A DNA stretch of 64,000 nt, taken from the NCBI GenBank assembly GCA_964106915.2, contig OZ066928.1, one strand, 5' to 3'. Below, piece by piece: positions 38,375 to 50,345 of this stretch; the first letter of the stretch is position 1; the number at the start of each line of letters is the position of its first letter. Source of the DNA: Podarcis gaigeae. Taxonomy: Eukaryota. The notes under the pieces are model-generated. The model saw only the letters and a list, made by a program, of their open reading frames with translations, had not been told where the DNA came from and did not search any database. A program made the position numbers and the translations under genes.

Positions 38375-38588
38375 AATTCATGTCTGGTGTTGGACTAGGA
38401 ATTGGGAGTCTCAGGTTCAAATTGATGCTCAGCCATGGGACTCCCTGGAAAACCTTTGCCCAGTCACAGTCTCGGGCCTAATTTACCTCACAGGGTTATT
38501 GTGAGGATAAAATCGGGAGGAATTGAACCATATATGTCACCTTGAGCTCATTGGGAAGAAAAGCAGGATGTAAATGAAATAAATAAAA
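38375..38588 (+). mobile_element. older MIR-related CORE SINE
   Basis: ttggactagga...caggttcaaa...cagtcac...tacctcacagggttattgtgaggataaaa...taaatgaaataaataaa. Related copies at ~58895-59105 and ~37600-37690. Confidence 0.65.
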
Positions 38589-40502
38589 GTTTAAAAATGG
38601 AAAACTGCAATACAAAATGAAAGAAGTGATTTTTTTTAAAAAAAAATGCAGTTAAAACCCACACAGCATCTAGCACAGTGCATTGCAATTGCTTCAACAG
38701 ATAGAAAAATCATTAAGTGGTCCACAAGCAGTTATTTGTGGAGTTGGGAACCGCTGCTACAGTTAATAGTGAAAAAGCATGGGAGGGAAATGTATGTGGG
38801 AGAAGAGAAATGGCCCATGGGGGGCTCCAGGCTCTCTTTTCATTGGGGGTGGGGGCGGCACTTCCAAAGACTTAACCATGTTTGAGAAGTTGAGAGGGGA
38901 ATACTGCCACATTTGCATGTAATGCTAAACCAGACCAGGGCTTAGTGTGTATGTGTAAACTCTCAGGAAGGAAACTGCAGCTGCTTTGTTCCTCCCCTCC
39001 CAGGTAATTTTAGCTCAGTGCAGCATTGCAATTAAGACAGAACTCTGATCAGTATGTCATCCAGGTCCTCTGGAACTCCCTCCCTAGAGAAGCTAGCTTG
39101 GCTCCCTCCTTGTTGTCCTTCCACCAGCAGGTGAAAACTGTTTTATTCTGGGATTTGGGAGACTGATGGGAGTTTTTTTGTTTTTTGTTTTTAAGGAAAG
39201 GGCTTTTAAATAGTGCTGTGCTCTTTTTATGATCTGCATCTTAAAATATTTGCTTTTATATTGTTTTAATTCTATTAGAGTTTAATTACTTTTCAACTAT
39301 TATTTTTAATATGTTTTTAGCGTTTTGTATTTTATCAGTGCTGTTTTAATTTGTGTAAGCCACCTTGAATCCTGGTCTGAGAAAAAGGCAGGATATTATT
39401 ATTAAATAAAAAACCATGATCTGCAGGAAGAAACCTGGGCTGTAGCTCATGCTTAGCAGAGAAGTATTACCCATGACCCCGGGTTTGAATGATACATTAA
39501 GCCAAACCCTGTCTCTTCAAGGCTGGCCTAATACATTTTGGCACCTGAGGCGAACAACAAAATGGGGTCTCCCTCCCTGCCAGGGAAGAAAAGGTTAGAG
39601 AAGAGCTACATCAGGAACAAGGGGGGAAATAAAGACCTACATCAGGATTTGCTGCCCCTGGGGTTCCTGCCACCCGAGGCAGTTGCCTCACCTTGCCTCA
39701 TTGGTGGGCCAGCACTGCTTGTCTGAGCTGCTCTACCACACACTAGGATAAAAAGGACTAGAGAGGAACAAACTGGTTGTGATTTTCTCCCCAGGAGGCA
39801 GTGCATTCACACGGTCTCAGTACACCATAGTTTCCTGAGAACCAGGCCATTATTATTTCTGCATTTGGATCACCAAAGCCTGCTCAGGCAGAGAACCCTG
39901 GGCCTAAATTGCTGCTGTTCACTATGTGGCTAACATGGTCAGGCAACAGGAACAAACACCCAAGTGCTAAAGTGGGGGCTTGGCAGATCTTTGAATTATA
40001 AATGTCAGCGAGCAGATTGTGAAACTGAGCACTGGAAGTACTTTGTTTGTACATCATGGGGGTTTCAATGACACCTTGTTTGTGTCAATCTGTTCAGCAG
40101 GTTCTAAGCTTTCCAACAAAAGCTGGGGAAACTACTCCTGCTGGTTATAAAGAAAGGTTTGGTGCTGTGCATATTAGAAATTACCGAACTGACTTTTGTA
40201 ATTATGACAGCTGGCTTCTTATACACTCGCTTTCATGATATGTGACAATTTCCTCTCAGCCCTAATTAAAATGGTCCAACAGGAAAAGGGGGATTAGTAA
40301 GGAAGACCTGTAACAGATAAAAGTTGTGCTTTATTTCATTAGCTTTCTGAAGATTAAAGCATTTAAATGACTTGGTTAAAAAAAAAACTTTTCAAGAAGG
40401 AAGCTATATATCTTTTGCATTTCTTTTTAAATTTTGTGTTTAACTTCCCTGTTTTTGTTTGTGTGTGTGTGTGTGTTTCAGGAAAGTTCCTATATTATAG
40501 AA

Positions 40503-41087
40503 AGTCATGGACTGGCTGGCTGCAGAGGAGGGGGGGCACCAGCTGGGTAACCCACAAGGGAAGAAGGCTCAGAGTCAGGGGATTGGGTGGTGGGACGACA
40601 ATGAATGGTCAGAGGGCGAAGAGGGAGTATGCTGGGAGGAGGGGGTGTCAGAAGCTGAAGAGGCAACAGGGTTTGGTAAGCAGGAAGAGTCTGGGGCAGA
40701 GAGCAGTCCAGAACCAGAGGCAAAAGAGGAGGCTGGAGAAGAGAAAGGGCCACAAAGCAGAGATCAGGCAGGGTGCTGAAGAAGCCAGGGAGTCTCCCCA
40801 TCCTGCTGCAATCAGCTCTGCTGCCCTTCTGGACACAGCAGAGGGCAGAGCAAAGGGAGACAAGGCAATGAAGTCTCAGATTGCTTGGGAAGGACCAGGG
40901 CAAGGAGTCATCTTAGGGTGCTGTGAGAAGGCAGGGACTTTCAGTCCTCATAACTGCCTAGTTGGGGCAAGATCTACTGTGGAGAGTTACTGGGCTCATT
41001 AGGCCTGAGCTGTTTTGTTTCTTTGAATAAAGAGTTAACTTCACTGGCACTTTGTGAGTTCACTGGCCCTCATATCTGTGTCTGATA
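40503..41087 (+). mobile_element. solo LTR (585 bp)
   Basis: 5-bp flanking duplication tagaa (40498-40502 / 41088-41092). Termini agtca...tgata resemble decayed TGTCA...TGACA. AATAAA at ~41026. Purine-rich body. Confidence 0.65.
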
Positions 41088-41885
41088 TAGAAGTGGCTTG
41101 TCTTAATTCCTCTGCATTAATTCAGAGCAGACACTTATTTGTGACTCACAATGCCAAAGGCCTACAGCAAGCAAAAGTCATTATATCTGAATTTAGCATT
41201 TTGCAGGCAAAAGTTAGTAGAGGCAGGTGAACAAATATTTCAGAGGACTAGTGTACGCTACCACCATCACCGCACCCAGTGACATCCTATACAAATGGAA
41301 CAGTCTGAAACGGCCTCCCTCTAGGAACACCCACTTATGAGAGGCAAGCAAGTCTTGAATACTTGTCCAAACACAGGGTGTTGCTATGCTGCCTGCCTAG
41401 TTCTTACCAACAAGACAGATGCCATCTACCAGAGGCATCCCTTTCTCTGCACACTCAAGTTGGGCACTAAGGGGGGAAAGAATCAACAGTTTTTCTGACA
41501 TGAGCAAGAATAGATAGATTAACCATGTCAGTTTCACTGGTGTTCAATCATTCTGTTTTTAAGAATGTATAGGGAAGAGGAATCTGCATTTAATTTGTAC
41601 ATATTTTGACCAGGTTGTATAGATTATTCCTCCAAAAATATGTGTTTTGTATGCTTTTCCGTATGTTACCCCCAGAATGCACAGTTTTAAAATATATTTT
41701 AAAAGTGAAATTTTTATTTTGTGCACATTTGGGGAAATGGAAATGGCAGTGCAAAATCTGGAGAATGAAATCTGTCTGAAAGTTGCATTCTGGTTTGCCA
41801 ACAAGTTCACTTCTGCTCCTCTCAACTAAAGCCATGATAATCTTGATAATGAAGGTAATCATTAATCTGGTCTTAATTTTAAATA

Positions 41886-42226
41886 GGGACGCGGGTGGCG
41901 CTGTGGGTTAAATCACAGAGCCTAGGACTTGCTGATCAGGTCAGCGGTTCGAATCCCCACGACGGGGTGAGCTCCCGTGGCTCGGTCCCTGCTCCTGCCA
42001 ACCTAGCAGTTCGAAAGCACGTCAAAGTGCAAGTAGATAAATAGGTACTGCTCCGGTGGGAAGGTAAATGGCATTTCCGTGCGCTGCTCTGGTTCGCCAG
42101 AAGAGGCTTAGTCGTGCTGGCCACATGACCTGTATGCCGGCTCCCTCGGCCAATAAAGCAAGATGAGTGCTGCAACCCCAGAGTCAGCCACTACTAGACC
42201 TAATGGTCAGGGGTCCATTTACCTTT
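41886..42226 (+). mobile_element. Sauria SINE, subfamily A
   Basis: Head gggacgcgggtggcgctgtgggtta, body and tail present. Confidence 0.9.
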
Positions 42227-42586
42227 TAATCTAACCAGCTGTTGATTCATAAGACATCGCATTAAGATTCTCTGTAGATTGGGAAGAACTGCTAAAGTAT
42301 CGAAACAAGATTTGAGTTTGCTAACCCAATTCTTTTCAGTCACTGTCATCAAGACAGGACACCTGTTGTTCTAGAATGATAGGCTGGAGAACAAAATTTG
42401 GATAAATAAAAATATGCACAGCTCCATAGCTCATTCCAAAATATGAATACCTGGTTATTTTATTTTTGGAAAAGGTGAAGGGAGGCAACGGTTATGAGTT
42501 ATCAATCTCTGCAGTCACAACAGGTGCTGTGGTTCTTCAGTGGTTTGACTTCACACCCAGAGGCGCACTAGGGGTGAAGTCAGGAC

Positions 42587-42874
42587 AGAAGAAGAAGAAG
42601 AAGAAGAAGAAGAAGAAGAAGAAGAAGAAGAGGAGGAGGAGTTTGGATTTGATATCCCGCCTTTCACTCCCCTTCAGGAGTCTCAAAGCGGCTAACATTC
42701 TCCTTTCCCTTCCTCCCCCACAACAAACACTCTGTGAGGTGAGTGGGGCTGAGAGACGTCAGAGAAGTGTGCCTAGCCCAAGGTCACCCAGGAGCTGCAT
42801 GTGGAGGAGCGGAGACTCGAACCCGGTTCCCCAGATTACAAGACTACCGCTCTTAACCACTGCACCACACTGGC
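42587..42874 (-). mobile_element. tRNA-derived MIR/Ther1-related CORE SINE (Squam3-like) with (CTT)n tail
   Basis: Minus-strand head gccagtgtggtgcagtggttaagagcgg...ccgggttcgagtc, core gggtgaccttgggctag...ctctcagccccactcacctcacag, (AAG)n on plus 42587-42630. Confidence 0.8.
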
Positions 42875-43232
42875 TCTCTCTCAGATCGGTACAAACAAAC
42901 AACAATACACAAAATTGCACTCTGCGCATTCAGATTCTAGTCAAAAAGTGTGGGCTTCTCTTGCTTTAAGTGATCCATGTAGTTATATAGCTATGTATAA
43001 TGATTGTTTAATTATTTGGGTTTAATTGCTGCATGATAGACATTCTTACCTGAAAAGGAGACATTAGCATAACCCGTATTTCCATTATTACAAATGTTTG
43101 TGGTCGAAGATCACTGTACTCTGTTAAAAATGAGAGCACTGCCTAAGTGGTACTGTGTGCTGACTTCCACGTTGGCCCTGCCTGGAATCCACTGCAAAGG
43201 TCAAGTGTCTTTCCAGGGAAAGAGTGTTGTTA

Positions 43233-43388
<156 letters not shown>

Positions 43389-43609
43389 TCACCTTTACAA
43401 TGTAAGAACATACATTTTTTAACAGATGTTCCATATGACTGCATAAAATGTAAGAAGTTGTTTTTTTTAATGCAAGAGATTTGCATTATCCATGCCTATC
43501 CATATTGGCATTCTGCTGGCTTCAGATGATGCACCTATATACAAGCACTCTCTTCATCTCTCAATCCAAGCCTCCTGTTTTAATTACTGTGTTTGTTTTA
43601 TTGCATATT

Positions 43610-44308
43610 NNNNNNNNNNNNNNNNNNNNNNNNNNNNNNNNNNNNNNNNNNNNNNNNNNNNNNNNNNNNNNNNNNNNNNNNNNNNNNNNNNNNNNNNNNN
43701 NNNNNNNNNNNNNNNNNNNNNNNNNNNNNNNNNNNNNNNNNNNNNNNNNNNNNNNNNNNNNNNNNNNNNNNNNNNNNNNNNNNNNNNNNNNNNNNNNNNN
43801 NNNNNNNNNNNNNNNNNNNNNNNNNNNNNNNNNNNNNNNNNNNNNNNNNNNNNNNNNNNNNNNNNNNNNNNNNNNNNNNNNNNNNNNNNNNNNNNNNNNN
43901 NNNNNNNNNNNNNNNNNNNNNNNNNNNNNNNNNNNNNNNNNNNNNNNNNNNNNNNNNNNNNNNNNNNNNNNNNNNNNNNNNNNNNNNNNNNNNNNNNNNN
44001 NNNNNNNNNNNNNNNNNNNNNNNNNNNNNNNNNNNNNNNNNNNNNNNNNNNNNNNNNNNNNNNNNNNNNNNNNNNNNNNNNNNNNNNNNNNNNNNNNNNN
44101 NNNNNNNNNNNNNNNNNNNNNNNNNNNNNNNNNNNNNNNNNNNNNNNNNNNNNNNNNNNNNNNNNNNNNNNNNNNNNNNNNNNNNNNNNNNNNNNNNNNN
44201 NNNNNNNNNNNNNNNNNNNNNNNNNNNNNNNNNNNNNNNNNNNNNNNNNNNNNNNNNNNNNNNNNNNNNNNNNNNNNNNNNNNNNNNNNNNNNNNNNNNN
44301 NNNNNNNN
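43610..44308. other. assembly gap
   Basis: Run of N. Confidence 0.99.
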
Positions 44309-44320
44309 AATGCTTATGTA

Positions 44321-44546
44321 CAGTGGTACCTCGGGTTACATACGCTTCAGGTTACAGACTCCGCTAACCCAGAAATAGTGCTTCAGGTTAAGAACTTTGC
44401 TTCAGGATGAGAACAGAAATTGTGCTCCGGCGGCACAGCAGCAGCGGGAGGCCCCATTAGCTAAAGTGGTGCTTCAGGTTAAGAACAGTTTCAGGTTAAG
44501 TACGGACCTCCGGAACAGATTAAGTATTTAACCCGAGGTACCACTG
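44321..44546. mobile_element. Tc1/mariner MITE, family 2
   Basis: Same TIRs and body as 23268-23509; TA TSD. Confidence 0.88.
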
Positions 44547-45014
44547 TAATTGGTATATAATGACGCACATTTTCCCAGTTAGTGACATTTTCCGGTTAGC
44601 GACACAGCCAAAAGATGCATTTTTGTGTGTGCAAGCATTCAGAAATAACTGAATTTATCAGGCCCATACCTACTGATATCAGTTTTAAATTATTTTAATG
44701 TTTTCCTGATCTAATGCTTTTTTATTTTCTGATATTTGTTATGTAACTATTTTTCATATATTTGTTATGTAACTATTACATGCTGCTCTAGGGTCATTAT
44801 TGTATTGCTGGGTGAGCATTTTACGAATCATGTAATGTACATTGTTTTAAATTTTCTGATTTTAAATTGATTTTATCTGTTTGTATTTTATCTTGTCAAG
44901 TCACCTTTTTAATGAAGTGACTAGCAATCACAGCAAGGTTTTTTTTCTCTGACATGTGGCCTAAAATATTTCACATAAAATTAAATGACATATGAAAGTT
45001 GATAAAAGTGTTAC

Positions 45015-45064
45015 CTGAAGACAACCATTGCAAGATGACAGGGTGGGCAGGCAAGCAGAAAAAT
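45015..45064 (-). CDS. TMEM164: TMEM164 coding exon (50 nt)
   Basis: Acceptor ...aatatttcag|, donor |gtaaca. Translates IFLLACPPCHLAMVVF(R); the phase-2 end matches the next exon. Confidence 0.93.
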
Positions 45065-47073
45065 CTGAAATATTAACAAACAAACAAATCACAATTATGT
45101 TTTTTATGCAGAACATGATACAAATAGTTTGCTTCGCTGTTTTAAACTGCTCTAACAGCTTTCGCCAGATGTTTCCACTTATCAGACATTCCATCAAGAG
45201 TGCAAATATTCAGTCTCAACTTCTCTCGGGATATTTCTCCTTATTTCAACAGTGACTACTATGACTCACCTGATATCAAAGTTCACCACCAGTTCACATT
45301 AGTTCCATCAGCAGAGCCTTAACTTATTGCTCAAGTGGAAGCACTGATTACAATACCCTACCAAGAGCTACAGTTTCTAAGAACATAAGAAGAGCCTGCT
45401 GGGTCAAGACCAATAGCCCACCAAGTCTGGGCATCTTGTTCTCACAGTGGCCAACCAGATGCCTGTAGGAACCCCTTAAACAGGACTTGATCACAAGCAT
45501 TTCCCCTTCTGCAGCTTCCAGCAACTGGTAAAAGCAAACATCTTATCCCTGCTATTCATATGGCTACTGTGTGAGCTTATCAATCAGAATTTGGGTGTGG
45601 CCACATAAATAGGGTTTCCATATTTCAAGAAGTGAAAACAATTCAACACTTTTCCAGTGTGGGCTGCCCTACGCCCAGGTTTTCCTGGACATTTTAACTG
45701 GCTTTCAAAAATTCCGCCCAGACGCCATTTTTGACGGGTTAATCCTGGCTATGTTCGAGAAATTCTAGACATATGTCATCCCTACACATAAAGCACAACA
45801 ATGACCAAATAAGTTCATGTGATCTGTTAACTTTCAGGGGGGAGCAGAAGAGTAGCAGATTCAAGAGTACACTTGGTATCCAAGTGTTCTGTGACACTTG
45901 TGGGGCTTGCTCATCCAAAACGTTTGACAACAGTCAAGTAACATGAAGTACATTAATATCACTGGACATCTTGTCCACCCCTCTGCTTAGTGCAGGTAAT
46001 CCAGAGCCAAAGCATCTCCAGCCTCTGCTCGAACCCACCCCAAGCCCCTTAGGTTACTGGTTCCATTGTCCACTTGTTCTGCCATCAGTACATTTCTGAT
46101 GTTCAACCAAAATGAACCCTACTGTAACATAAGCCCATTAGAACCAGTCCTGCCTCTGAGGCAGCAGAGAACCAAGCTACATTCACACCATAAAACACTG
46201 TAATACCATGTTAAACAGCAATGGCTCCCCCCCTAATAATAATAATAATAATGGAAGCCATAGTTTGCTAAGGGCACTAAGAGTTGGTAGGAAACACCTA
46301 GAGTTACTGTAGAACTCTCACAAGTTCTCTGTGAAGAAGGAATGATTGTTAAACCACTCTGGGGCTTGTAGCTCTGTAAGGGGAATGGGAGGTGGGCATT
46401 AATTTCAGTGGCATATGGCTAACATTGGATACAACCCTGAGATCCCATGAGGTTGCAGAGCTCATCCACAAGCATTCCCAGGAACCTCTACTGAAGATAC
46501 TGAAGATCACTGGTAACCAGATCACTGAAGTGCTGACCCCACACAGGAGGGCAAAGAGTTAGACCACATTAATACCATATATTTAAAGCAGTATTATACC
46601 AAAGTCTTATTTGTGTTCACTGGAACATCTGGAAGAATGATGCAGCCCTCCCTGCCTGCAAGCATTGATCAAGTGTTAGTTAGATGCTGAGTTTATGTTT
46701 TATTACATATTGCACTCTCTCCCATGTCCTTGCTCATTGCTTTTCTAAAATAAACTCTTAACCTTTTTGAATACAGTAGGTAGGCTGGTTGTTATAGAAC
46801 ACTATGGTTCATCTCCCACGAGCCAGACTGCTTTAAAGTTTAGGGAATATTAAAGATATGGATCAACTCTTGCACCCAGTAGAAGCTGAAGGGAGTTGGC
46901 TGGCAGCTCCCCCAAATTCTAGGATAACAGCCCAAGGACTTATGGGGATCCTTGCTTCCCCACTAGTTTGGGAGCTTATAAGCACAGTGGCGGTGGCAAC
47001 AATATGGAAAGGTTGGTACCATGGATGGCAGTTCTCTATGTTCTTTTGCACACTTCAAATTTATGAGTCCTTA

Positions 47074-47433
47074 GTAAAGGTAAAGGGACCCCTGACCATT
47101 AGGTCCAGTCGTGACCGACTCTGGGGTTGCGGTGCTCATCTCGCTTTATTGGCCAAGGGAGCCGGCGTTTGTCCGCAGACAGCTTCCGGGTCATGTGGCC
47201 AGCATGACTAAGCCGCTTCTGGCAAACCAGAGCAGTGCACGGAAATGCCATTTACCTTCCCGCTGGAGCGGTACCTATTTATCTACTTGCACTTTGTGCT
47301 TTCGAACTGCTAGGTTGGCAGGAGCTGGGACCGAGCAACGGGAGCTCACCCCATCGTGGGGATTTGAACTGCCGACCTTCTGATCGGCAAGTCCTAGGCT
47401 CTATGGTTTAACCCACAGCACCACCTGCATCCC
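47074..47433 (-). mobile_element. Sauria SINE, subfamily A
   Basis: Head, body and tail as in the other A copies. Confidence 0.9.
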
Positions 47434-47555
47434 ATATTCATATAATAATTACGAATTAAACCTGGGAGAAAACAGCTGCTATAGGATCTACACAACTATG
47501 CCTTATTGGGCAAACAACAAAGGAAAAGTTGGAGGGGAGGTGAAATAGCAATGTG

Positions 47556-47918
47556 CAGGGCTGGCCCAAGACATTTTGGCACCTGAAGAAAACCACAAAA
47601 TGGCACGACACCCCCCAGCCAGGGGAGAAAAGGTAAGTGAAGATCTGTGTGAAGAACAAGGGTGGAATGAAGATCTTCATTGGGGCCAAGGGTCAGAGGA
47701 GACCAGTAGCACCACCTCTGTAGGTGGCAGAACTGGAAGGAGCTGCTCAGGTGACAGCAAGATCTGTCCTCCAAGAACTGAACCCCAGCTGTTATTGCCA
47801 CTACGGCAGCAACTGCAGCACTGGGCTATGTATTTCTTGGAGGCCAAATCTGCTGCCCCTGTGGATCCTGCAGACCAAGGCAGTCACCTCACCTTGCCTC
47901 ATGGGTGGGCCGGCCCTG
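47556..47918. mobile_element. hAT-like non-autonomous element
   Basis: TIRs cagggctggccc / gggccggccctg; related shorter copy at ~39518-39718. Confidence 0.65.
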
Positions 47919-49359
47919 TCAACATGACAGTGGACAAAGATGGGTACACATGGTTGGAGCTCAGTAAGCAGACAGCAACATCATCATTCAGAAACTCACA
48001 TTTCTAGATGGGGGAAAAGGGGAGGTGAAACACCATCCCCATAAATTTATCTAGAGCAATTTATCTGGGTAGATATATCAAGATCTTTGCCAGCAGCAAT
48101 TCATGAAATTTGGACTGCATAACTGTGATTTATTTTTTTAAAAATGTTGTCCTCTCGCACAGCTGTTAAACATCAAGTGATGAGTGTTCTGTAATGTGAC
48201 AGGCAAACAATTTATCTTTGGTGTATATCCCAATTGTGTTTATATTCTTTTTTATACACAATTCAAGAAAATGCTTTGAAGAAAGTTTTCTTTTTTAAAA
48301 AAATGTAAATATATGTGGGCCGTTGTTTTAGTTGTTCTACACAAAACCCCTCTCTGCTTTCAAAAGTTCCCAACTGTTTTGGACCCAATGTGAAATCTAA
48401 CAAACTGTTGTGGACAGCACAAAATATAATTTCATAAAACATCTGGCATTTAGGCACCCCTCTCCCCCAAAATTAGGATTCCCGGAAGGCTCTGGTTGGC
48501 ACCCAGGGCCCCACAGGCACCATGGGAGCCCAGCAGTTTATCAGGCTTTAGGAGTGCAAGGAATCGATACATCGACCAATTTTCCCTGGGTCTTAATGTC
48601 TCTAATGACACCTAGTTTGTAACAAGACATCAACAAGCATGGAAATTGGAAAGGCCAATCCCTGCTTCATGTATGAAACAAAATACATTTGCCACTTCAG
48701 TTTTCAGACTCATAAATCACTAGTGACGCTTGTTTTAACAGCCGTCATATGCCAGAAGCCCTATCTGTCAGGGCTGTAAACATTATCCAAGCCACATCGG
48801 ATCTGCTTAATTAACATCAGTGCTATTTCAACAGCAGGAACTCACGTAATTCCATAGTAATTACTGTCACCTTAACACATGTGCACTGCTAATGACACCA
48901 GCCTTGCTATATCCTGTGTAACCTATTTGGTGAACTCATTTTTTATTTTGGTCCCTTACTCTGTGCTTAAAGCTGTATTTTCACATAGATACAGAAGACA
49001 ATCAATAATCCATTTCCATCTTTCTCCAAATATCGAAGGCCGTGATATGGCAGCTTGCATTATAACTGAGTGAGAACTCGCTCATCTCAAAAATTATTTA
49101 TCTTATTTAGAAAATGTCTTAACTGCATTATAGTCAGATGCATTATAGTCAAAAGAATCTAAGAGTCAAAAACAAATCAGAACTCAAATACTCCAATACA
49201 ATGTACTAATCATCAGATAAAAAGCTATTAAAATAGCATTATTCAATCAGTAACAGCCACCTGCGTCAGGCAGTACATAATCTCAGTGAGTCACTTTGTA
49301 GAGGGAAAGAGATCTTCCTCCGTTCTGTGGCTGCTACTGAAAGGGACTGAAAATCAAAC

Positions 49360-50345
49360 TGCTGATATTGTAATAGTGTTATACAGGTCTATGGTGAGAC
49401 CACACTTGAAGCACTGTGTAGAGTTTCAGTAACCTCGCCTCAAAAAAGGGTATTGCAAAAAAAGGTTCAGGAAAGGGCAACCAAAATCATCAAGAACGTG
49501 TTCCCCATGCGGAAAGGTGACAACATTTGGGGCATTTTTAGCTTCGAAAGAAAGGTGAATCAGAAGATACATGACAGAAGTGTATAAAATTACACATTTC
49601 ACTTTCTCATAATACTAGAACTCAGGGCCTCCAAATGAAACTAAGTGCTGGAAGATTCCAGACAGACAAAAGAAAGCACTTCACCACACAGCAGATAGTT
49701 AAAACTGTGGAGTTTGCTCCCACAGGATATTGTGATACCACCAGTTTGAATGGTTTTTTAAAGAGGACTGGACAAATTCATGGTAGGGGAGGAAGGCTAC
49801 CAGTGGATACTAGCCACAGTGGCTATGTTCTACCTCCATTGTGAAAGGCAGTATTTCTCTGAATACCTGTTGCTGTGAATCATTATTGGGTAAAACACTG
49901 TTGAACCAGGGGCGTAAGAAGGGGTGCGGGGGGTGCAGTCCGCCCCAGCTGTCATCCCTGAGGGGGTGACAAAATTGTGGGGGGTGGCACTTACCACGGG
50001 GCCTGGCCTGCAGTGTGCCCGAGCCACGCATCTCTCCTGGGAGTGACACAGTGGCTCGGGGCCCCGCGCTGCCTGAAACAGCAGCATGGGTCTTGCGTCC
50101 GCCAGGCGGACTCAATGCACAGCTTGCCGCGGAGCCCCCCTGAGCAGATTGCCGTGGCGCCCCCCCCCCCCGGGTGGATCGTCACGGCAGCCCCCTGGGT
50201 GGCTTGCCCTGCCCTTGCCACTCAGGATGCCGGAGCGGCTAGCTACGCCCGTGTTGAACTCAGGTCCTGATCACAGGCTTCCCATAGATACCTGGTTGGC
50301 CACTATAAGAACAGGATGCTGAACTAGATAGGCATTTGGCCTGAT
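49360..50345 (+). mobile_element. decayed CR1 LINE 3' fragment interrupted by a GC-rich MITE
   Basis: atggtgagaccacacttgaa...aaaggttcaggaaagggcaaccaaaatcatcaag...acagacaaaagaaagcacttc; resumes at ~50255 (aggatgctgaactagatagg). Confidence 0.75.
49907..50251. mobile_element. GC-rich hAT-like MITE
   Basis: Termini caggggcgtaag / ctacgcccg(tg); flanking duplication tgttgaac. Confidence 0.75.

Noticed and set aside
40367-41002. 211-aa basic ORF
   Set aside because: Spans T-rich/(GT)n DNA and a purine-rich LTR; compositional open frame.
41886-41960. tRNA-like A/B boxes (tggcgctgtggg...ggttcgaatccc)
   Set aside because: These are SINE heads, continuous with SINE bodies; no cloverleaf or Pol III terminator.
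42466-42969. 167-aa ORF with a poly-Lys tract
   Set aside because: Poly-K is the (AAG)n tail of an antisense SINE; the rest is SINE sequence.
43481-44410. Long ORFs (261-309 aa) and similar ones at 11-356 and 24470-25083
   Set aside because: Artefacts of translating N gaps.
45262-45345. Strong minus-strand donor CAG|GTGAGT at 45269-45268
   Set aside because: No convincing upstream acceptor or pyrimidine tract; treated as a chance site.
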